Program-made: the position numbers and the translations under genes
Shown here: piece by piece, positions 58,822 through 64,000 of the stretch
Layout: each line of letters begins with the position of its first letter
Position numbering within the stretch: the stretch's first letter is position 1
Notes under the pieces: model-generated
Seen by the model: the letters and a program-made list of their open reading frames with translations, nothing else
Database searches by the model: none
Told to the model about the DNA's origin: nothing
Sequence record: MW879344.1
DNA: 64,000 bases
Direction: 5' to 3' (one strand)

Positions 58822-59946
58822 ATGTCAAAATTGGATAAGTTTCTGAACGAATCATCTCTTTCTGACGAAGCTAAAAAGCTAATTCAGGAAGCATGGAATG
58901 AAGAAAAAGCTAATGTAGCTGCTGAAATGCGTGAAGAAATGAAAGGTCGTTACCAAGAAGACTTAGCACGTTTAACTGAAGGATTGGATAAAATGATGGC
59001 TGAAGTAATCAGCGAACAAATGTCCGATGTTTATGCTGAGAAGCGTAAGTTAGTTGAAGACCGTGTTAAACTACGTAAAACATTAGGTAACTTTTCAGAT
59101 TTCGCTAACACAGTTCTAGCTGAAGAAGTTAAATCAATGCGTCAAGAACGCAAACACATCAACGAAAGTCTTAACAAATTCATGGGATTTAGTAATCATA
59201 TCCTAGCTGAAGAACTTAAAGATTTCCACGATGAAAAACGTCAATTAGTAGAATCTCGCGTTAAACTAATTGCAGAAGGAAGTAAGCAGATTGCGGAAGC
59301 ACGTGCAAACTTTATCAAGCGTACTGCTGAAAGTGCAGCAACTTATATTGCTGAAACTACAGAAAAGAACTTGACTGCACTTAAAGGCGAACTAGTTGAA
59401 GCTAAACAAAATATGTTTGGTCGTAAAATCTTCGAAGCTTTTGCGAATGAATTCTATAGTAAACAATATAACGAAAGTTCTATTCTACGTGAACTAAATG
59501 AATCAATCAAGTCAAAAGAAGACGAAGCTATGGCATCTAAAGTTGCTTTGCAAGAAGCACAAAATAAAGCAATTGCTGCTGAACGAAAAATTCGCATCAT
59601 GGAAGATAAACATGCACGTACTGCAATTATCGCTGAATTAACGAAGCCTCTTACTTCTCAACAAAAACAAATTATGGAATCTTTACTTACTGCAACTCCA
59701 ACCGAGAAGCTAAAAGAAGATTTCAGCAAGTACCATAAGTCTGTACTAAAAGGTACTGTAAATGAATCTGCTGCTAATCATAGCCGTCCAGCAGTTAATA
59801 CTAAGGCTAAAAATACTTTGACGGAAGGTAAAGTTGTTACCGGAAACCGTGAAAGTAATTTCATTAAAAACGAAGAACTTGATGCCGATGATTTGAATTT
59901 CTTAAATGAGATTTCACAATTGTCAGGAATTAATAAAAAACGTTAA
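58822..59946 (+). CDS. Prohead scaffolding protein, T4 gp22-like
   Basis: Coiled-coil, many L-x-E sites, located between protease and capsid genes. Confidence 0.8.
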   Translation: MSKLDKFLNESSLSDEAKKLIQEAWNEEKANVAAEMREEMKGRYQEDLARLTEGLDKMMAEVISEQMSDVYAEKRKLVEDRVKLRKTLGNFSDFANTVLAEEVKSMRQERKHINESLNKFMGFSNHILAEELKDFHDEKRQLVESRVKLIAEGSKQIAEARANFIKRTAESAATYIAETTEKNLTALKGELVEAKQNMFGRKIFEAFANEFYSKQYNESSILRELNESIKSKEDEAMASKVALQEAQNKAIAAERKIRIMEDKHARTAIIAELTKPLTSQQKQIMESLLTATPTEKLKEDFSKYHKSVLKGTVNESAANHSRPAVNTKAKNTLTEGKVVTGNRESNFIKNEELDADDLNFLNEISQLSGINKKR

Positions 59947-59973
59947 TTATTAAATGCTAATTTTTCTGTAAGA

Positions 59974-59979
59974 TAAATA
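59974..59979 (+). promoter_or_regulatory. Late promoter core TAAATA
   Basis: Lies ~45 nt upstream of the major capsid start. Confidence 0.55.
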
Positions 59980-60023
59980 AAAGCATACAGAAAAGCAAAA
60001 AATATCTTTTTAAGGAGATTATA

Positions 60024-61199
60024 ATGTCACAACTATTAACTGAATCTAAATGGGCTGCTGTAAAGGATAAGCTTGTTGAAGGTCTAAATGGTAATCGTAA
60101 AACTGTAATGGAAGCAGTTCTAGATAACCAACGTAAAGTAATGCTACGTGAAAGTGCAACCGCTGGTGCTACTTCTGCTGGTAACATTGCAACACTAAAC
60201 AAAGTAATTCTTCCAATTATTCGTCGTGTTATGCCAACCGTTATTGCTAACGAAATCATCGGTGTTCAACCTATGACTGGTCCAGTTGGACAAATCCATA
60301 CACTACGTGTACAATATGCTGATAACGCTCCAGGTGTTGTTGCAGGTGAAGAAGCTCTATCTCCATACAAGATTGCAAAATCTTATACTGGTGAAGTGAA
60401 CTCTGATAACACTGCTCCACGTGCTGCTCCTACTTCTCAACTAGAAGGTGTAATGGGCCGTCGTGTTAACATCCGTATTCTACGTGAAACCGTAGAAGCT
60501 CAATCTCGTCGTCTATCTGCTCGTTGGACTGTTGAATCTGCTCAAGATGCTCAAGCTCAACATGGTATTGACGTAGAAGCTGAACTAATGGCTGCTATCG
60601 CACAAGAAATTACAACTGAAATTGACCAAGAACTTCTAGCTCGTCTACGTGCTCTACCAGGTGCTGCTGCTGTTGTTTATGACCAATCTAAAGTTACTGG
60701 TGTTGCTACCTTCGTTGGTGATGAACATGCTGCTCTAGCTACTCTAATCAACCGTCAAGCAAACGAAGTTGCTCGTCGTACCAAACGTGGTGCAGCGAAT
60801 TGGGCTGTTGTTTCTCCAACTGCTCTAACTATTCTACAGTCTGCAACTACTTCTAGTTTTGCACGTACTACTGAAGGTACTTTCGAAGCTCCAACTAACG
60901 TTAAATTCGTTGGTGTGTTGAACTCAACTATGCGTGTATACGTAGATACCTATGCTGATGACAGTACTGATGTACTAATCGGTTATAAAGGTAACCAAGA
61001 GACTGATGCTGGTGCATTCTATTGCCCATACATCCCATTGATGGCTTCTGGTACTGTAATGGACCCTAACACTGGTGAACTAGTTACTAGTTTCCTAACT
61101 CGTTACGGTTACGTACAATTGACAGACAGTACTTCATCTCTAGGTAACGCTGCTGACTACTACAGCAAAATTGCTATCCGCAACGTAACCTTCATGTAA
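60024..61199 (+). CDS. Major capsid protein, T4 gp23-like
   Basis: RRVMPTVIANEIIGVQPMTGPVGQIHTLR, SRRLSARWT and FYCPYIPL...TRYG motifs. Confidence 0.96.
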   Translation: MSQLLTESKWAAVKDKLVEGLNGNRKTVMEAVLDNQRKVMLRESATAGATSAGNIATLNKVILPIIRRVMPTVIANEIIGVQPMTGPVGQIHTLRVQYADNAPGVVAGEEALSPYKIAKSYTGEVNSDNTAPRAAPTSQLEGVMGRRVNIRILRETVEAQSRRLSARWTVESAQDAQAQHGIDVEAELMAAIAQEITTEIDQELLARLRALPGAAAVVYDQSKVTGVATFVGDEHAALATLINRQANEVARRTKRGAANWAVVSPTALTILQSATTSSFARTTEGTFEAPTNVKFVGVLNSTMRVYVDTYADDSTDVLIGYKGNQETDAGAFYCPYIPLMASGTVMDPNTGELVTSFLTRYGYVQLTDSTSSLGNAADYYSKIAIRNVTFM

Positions 61200-61243
61200 T
61201 TGAAGACCTATTTTAGATTAATTAATCTGAAAGTTAATAAAAG

Positions 61244-61267
61244 AAAAGGACGCTTAGGCGTCCTTTT
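61244..61267 (+). terminator. Terminator after the capsid gene
   Basis: AAAAGGACGC-ttag-GCGTCCTTTT. Confidence 0.85.
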
Positions 61268-61306
61268 CGCATTTCTGGATAATAGAAAGTAAATATCAAA
61301 GTAGGA

Positions 61307-61335
61307 TGAAACATCTACTACAATTATGGTATAAT
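61307..61335 (+). promoter_or_regulatory. TG(G/A)AAC-N17-TATAAT promoter with extended -10
   Basis: TGAAAC 61307-61312, 17-nt spacer, TGg-TATAAT 61330-61335. Confidence 0.7.
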
Positions 61336-61350
61336 CATGGAGATTAAAAT

Positions 61351-61779
61351 ATGATAATTAAGCCAGATACAACAGTTGTTGTCTATATAAATGCACAACA
61401 AAAATATTTGCAAAGCGTTTATAGTAGATTTGAAGGATTGGTTCAAGAATACAAAACTGTAGCTTATATTGAGGATTATGGTGTTCTATGCTATGGCCTT
61501 GATACCTATTTTTACGATATGAATAAGTATGTAAAGGATATTATGAGTACAGATTTCGTGGAAATGACATACTATGAGTACTTAAATGGACACAAAGACA
61601 AATTATTACGTGAAAATCCAGATGCTCCAATGCTAAACACAATGGAACCGATGATGCAAGGTGTTCAAATGAATGAATATGTACAACCACCTATTTTACG
61701 AGAAATTATACACAATCCAAATCCAGTACTCACTAATTTAAGCAATCATGGTGTAAAAGTGCAGATTTTAAAAGGATAA
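61351..61779 (+). CDS. Hypothetical protein
   Basis: 142-aa ORF with GGAG SD directly behind the promoter. Confidence 0.65.
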   Translation: MIIKPDTTVVVYINAQQKYLQSVYSRFEGLVQEYKTVAYIEDYGVLCYGLDTYFYDMNKYVKDIMSTDFVEMTYYEYLNGHKDKLLRENPDAPMLNTMEPMMQGVQMNEYVQPPILREIIHNPNPVLTNLSNHGVKVQILKG

Positions 61780-61807
61780 ATACCCCACTTAAAAAAGGGG
61801 TGATTTA
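61777..61807 (+). promoter_or_regulatory. RBS-sequestering hairpin with embedded TAAATA late promoter
   Basis: TAAATACCCC-acttaaaaaa-GGGGTGATTTA pairs over the SD up to the A of the ATG at 61807. Confidence 0.55.
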
Positions 61808-62118
61808 TGTCTAAACAAATTTGCTATGTAATTATCAATCCAGCGTGGCCTGAGTGGGTAAAAATTGGATTTACATCAAAAGAAGAAATGAAAACACGTT
61901 TAAGTACGTATCAAACTGGTTCACCGTTCAGAGATTATGAAGTATATCATGAAGTATATTTTGATGATGCAAAAGCCGCCGAAAAAGAAGTTAATAAGCG
62001 TTTGAAACAAATGAATGCTACACAAGGTACTGGTAAAGAATGGTACAAAATGCCTAAATCAATTGCATCTAATATGATAGATTCAGTACTTGATGATTTA
62101 GAAGAAGGCTTGCTATAA
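61807..62118 (+). CDS. T5orf172 / GIY-YIG-like domain protein
   Basis: CYVIINPAWPEWVKIGFT...RL..YQTGSP...E pattern. Confidence 0.75.
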   Translation: MSKQICYVIINPAWPEWVKIGFTSKEEMKTRLSTYQTGSPFRDYEVYHEVYFDDAKAAEKEVNKRLKQMNATQGTGKEWYKMPKSIASNMIDSVLDDLEEGLL

Positions 62119-62162
62119 TCAATAAATATCTTTATAATATATAAACGCGAGGACTGATTTAT

Positions 62163-63842
62163 ATGAGTATAAGATTTAATCATGCCAGTAATACAGTTAC
62201 TGGTACAGATGTAATCAAATTAGTGGTTGAAGGTGGGACACCAACTGCACCAAGACCATTTAGAATTGATTCATCTTCAGTTATTATGCCTAACAAACAA
62301 TTACCTTCTGGTGAAGCAGGGGCATTAGTTTTTGATATTGTATCAAAAACATTAAAATATCATAATGGTATTTCATGGGTAGAGTTATTATCACAAGATG
62401 ATATTCTAGCACCTATACAAATATCATTAACGGACATTTATAACCAATTAGCGAACCGTGTAAGTACTGTAACATATAGTACCAGTTCAGTACCTTCTGC
62501 GTCCGTAAGTGGAACAAACTTAAATATCATATTTCCATCATCAGGTGGAGGTGGTGGCACAGACATTCCTGGATTATTCACTTCTTCTCCACCAGGTTCT
62601 ATCATGCAATATTCTTTGTCATCTGGTCAATCTGTTGCATCTATCAGAGAACAAATGAGTGGTGTTAGTGGTGGACAAAATGGTAGAAATGGTACAGCTT
62701 CAGCTCCATATGTAACAAAAACTGGATGGTGTTTTGCAGATGGTTCTTATTGGACATGGAATGGAGAAAGTGGTTCAGTAACCAAAGTTGTTCCAAATTT
62801 AAACCAAAATGCATATTTAAAAGGTATAACCACAACTGGTCTTACTAAGACAGATGCAGTAATTTCAGGTTCAGGTTCAATAGGAAATACGTCAATATCT
62901 TTCCCACAACACTATCATGGTACTGGTATGATGGTTGGATTATCTGGTGATTGGGGTGATGATGGATATTTCATTAGTAATAAAACATGGAATGATGGAA
63001 TACAATATCAGGGAGTACAGATAACAGGTGATTTACAACGTAGAACAACTGGTCCAGTTAACGGTTCAGATGCTCGAACAGCATTAAGCACTTCTTTAGC
63101 AATATTCACTGGTTCAGATACTACTTCTCATACTCACAGCTTAAATAGTGTTGACGTAGCTCACTTTAATGTTGCTGTGGTATATAATATTGCAGAACCA
63201 AGCTCAGCACTTAATCAAAATGCTGGTGATCGCCGTTATGTATTAAAATCTGGTGATACTATGACTGGTTCATTGACTATCGCTAATAGTGCTGCAATTC
63301 AAGCAAATGATACAAATCTAGTACTATGGTTTAGAAATGCATCTGGTGGTGAACGTGCTGCAATATATCATGCATCTAATACTAATACTCTTAGATTGCG
63401 TACTGCTGGTGGTTCTGAAATGTCATTAAATAATGTAGGACTATTAAATGTGGCCTCAATTACTACTGGTTCAATTACAGGTTCATCATTGAACATATCT
63501 GGTACAGCAACAACTGGCCCATTAAATGTTAATGGACAAATAACAGCCACTGGTGATATTTGGGCATTCTCTGATGAAAGATTGAAAGAAAATATTAAAC
63601 CTATTGAAAATGCCGTAGATATAATTAAAAGTATTCGTGGTGTAACTGGTAATTTTATTGGAGATGAACGTACACGTTCAATGGTTATTGCTCAAGAAGT
63701 CCAGAAGAACTTCCCTTGTGCTGTAACTGAAGATGTATCAGGATTCTTAAAAGTTAATTATGATGCCCTTATTCCATTGTTGTTAAATGCAGTCTCTACT
63801 ATGAGTGAAGAAATTGCAAGTTTAAGGAGCATAATTAAATGA
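62163..63842 (+). CDS. Tail fibre with collar domain, HxH motifs and C-terminal intramolecular chaperone (peptidase S74-type)
   Basis: PPGSIMQY...GWCFADG...PNL collar, HYHG and HTHS motifs, SDERLKENI cleavage motif, terminal coiled coil; TAAATA at 62123-62128. Confidence 0.8.
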   Translation: MSIRFNHASNTVTGTDVIKLVVEGGTPTAPRPFRIDSSSVIMPNKQLPSGEAGALVFDIVSKTLKYHNGISWVELLSQDDILAPIQISLTDIYNQLANRVSTVTYSTSSVPSASVSGTNLNIIFPSSGGGGGTDIPGLFTSSPPGSIMQYSLSSGQSVASIREQMSGVSGGQNGRNGTASAPYVTKTGWCFADGSYWTWNGESGSVTKVVPNLNQNAYLKGITTTGLTKTDAVISGSGSIGNTSISFPQHYHGTGMMVGLSGDWGDDGYFISNKTWNDGIQYQGVQITGDLQRRTTGPVNGSDARTALSTSLAIFTGSDTTSHTHSLNSVDVAHFNVAVVYNIAEPSSALNQNAGDRRYVLKSGDTMTGSLTIANSAAIQANDTNLVLWFRNASGGERAAIYHASNTNTLRLRTAGGSEMSLNNVGLLNVASITTGSITGSSLNISGTATTGPLNVNGQITATGDIWAFSDERLKENIKPIENAVDIIKSIRGVTGNFIGDERTRSMVIAQEVQKNFPCAVTEDVSGFLKVNYDALIPLLLNAVSTMSEEIASLRSIIK

Positions 63843-64000
63843 TACCATGTACTGGAACGATAAAAGCATCAGATATTAATACTGAATTGGGAAGAACACC
63901 AACATCTATATTTCAAATTGGAAATACACCAGAAAGAACTCTTGCAGGTAAGCCATCTGGTTTGATAAAATTTAGTGATTTCTATTGTAAATCATCTGCT
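63839..64000 (+). CDS. Fibre-associated protein, N-terminal part (3'-truncated)
   Basis: ATGA overlap and AAGGAG SD; MIPCTGTIKASDINTELG...RTLAGKPSGLIKFSDFYCKS is a motif commonly found after S74 fibres. Confidence 0.6.
   Translation, partial: MIPCTGTIKASDINTELGRTPTSIFQIGNTPERTLAGKPSGLIKFSDFYCKSSA

Noticed and set aside
61215-61228. 14-bp palindrome AGATTAATTAATCT after the capsid stop
   Set aside because: AT-only core, single copy, and a proper terminator follows; no function can be supported.
41330-63860. PCTGTI shared by the spike M23-like domain and the last partial ORF
   Set aside because: Six-residue match with no further similarity; probably chance.
1-64000. CRISPR arrays, tRNAs, DGR template/variable repeats, IS elements, integrase
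   Set aside because: No regularly spaced repeat-spacer units, cloverleafs, reverse transcriptase or transposase motifs seen; the 47- and 62-bp repeats are exact, without adenine-specific divergence.

Overview
AT-rich (roughly one-third GC) segment of a jumbo T4-like myophage genome. Gene content and order resemble RaK2/GAP32/PBECO4-type enterobacterial jumbo phages (recalled resemblance, no search run). From left to right: a MoxR-AAA/vWA pair, small accessory genes and thymidylate synthase (1-5.4 kb); a leftward cluster of tail-fibre/RBP-like genes (5.4-17.6 kb); further virion genes, a NUDIX hydrolase, gp15- and gp14-like neck genes and a ClpA-like ATPase (17.7-25.7 kb); the baseplate block with a ~3340-aa wedge, gp6, gp25, a lysozyme, a gp5-like spike, a hub, gp53 and a tube initiator (25.7-46.3 kb); late sigma gp55, gp47 and gp46, then endonuclease VII; an ~800-bp ORF-free interval; gp26/gp51-like genes; and tape measure, portal, core, protease, scaffold, major capsid and a chaperoned tail fibre (52.9-64 kb). 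No tRNA, rRNA, CRISPR array, integrase or transposase was seen. Best candidates for novelty: (1) a promoter-driven, hairpin-dense ~500-720-nt non-coding RNA at ~51.07-51.79 kb; (2) a U_UUU_UUC -1 frameshift that could fuse gp26-like and gp51-like ORFs; (3) a five-copy TG(G/A)AAC-N17-TATAAT promoter class; (4) fibre genes sharing an N-terminal docking peptide; (5) a late promoter embedded in an RBS-sequestering hairpin; (6) strong GTAC over-representation. All coordinates and counts are by hand.
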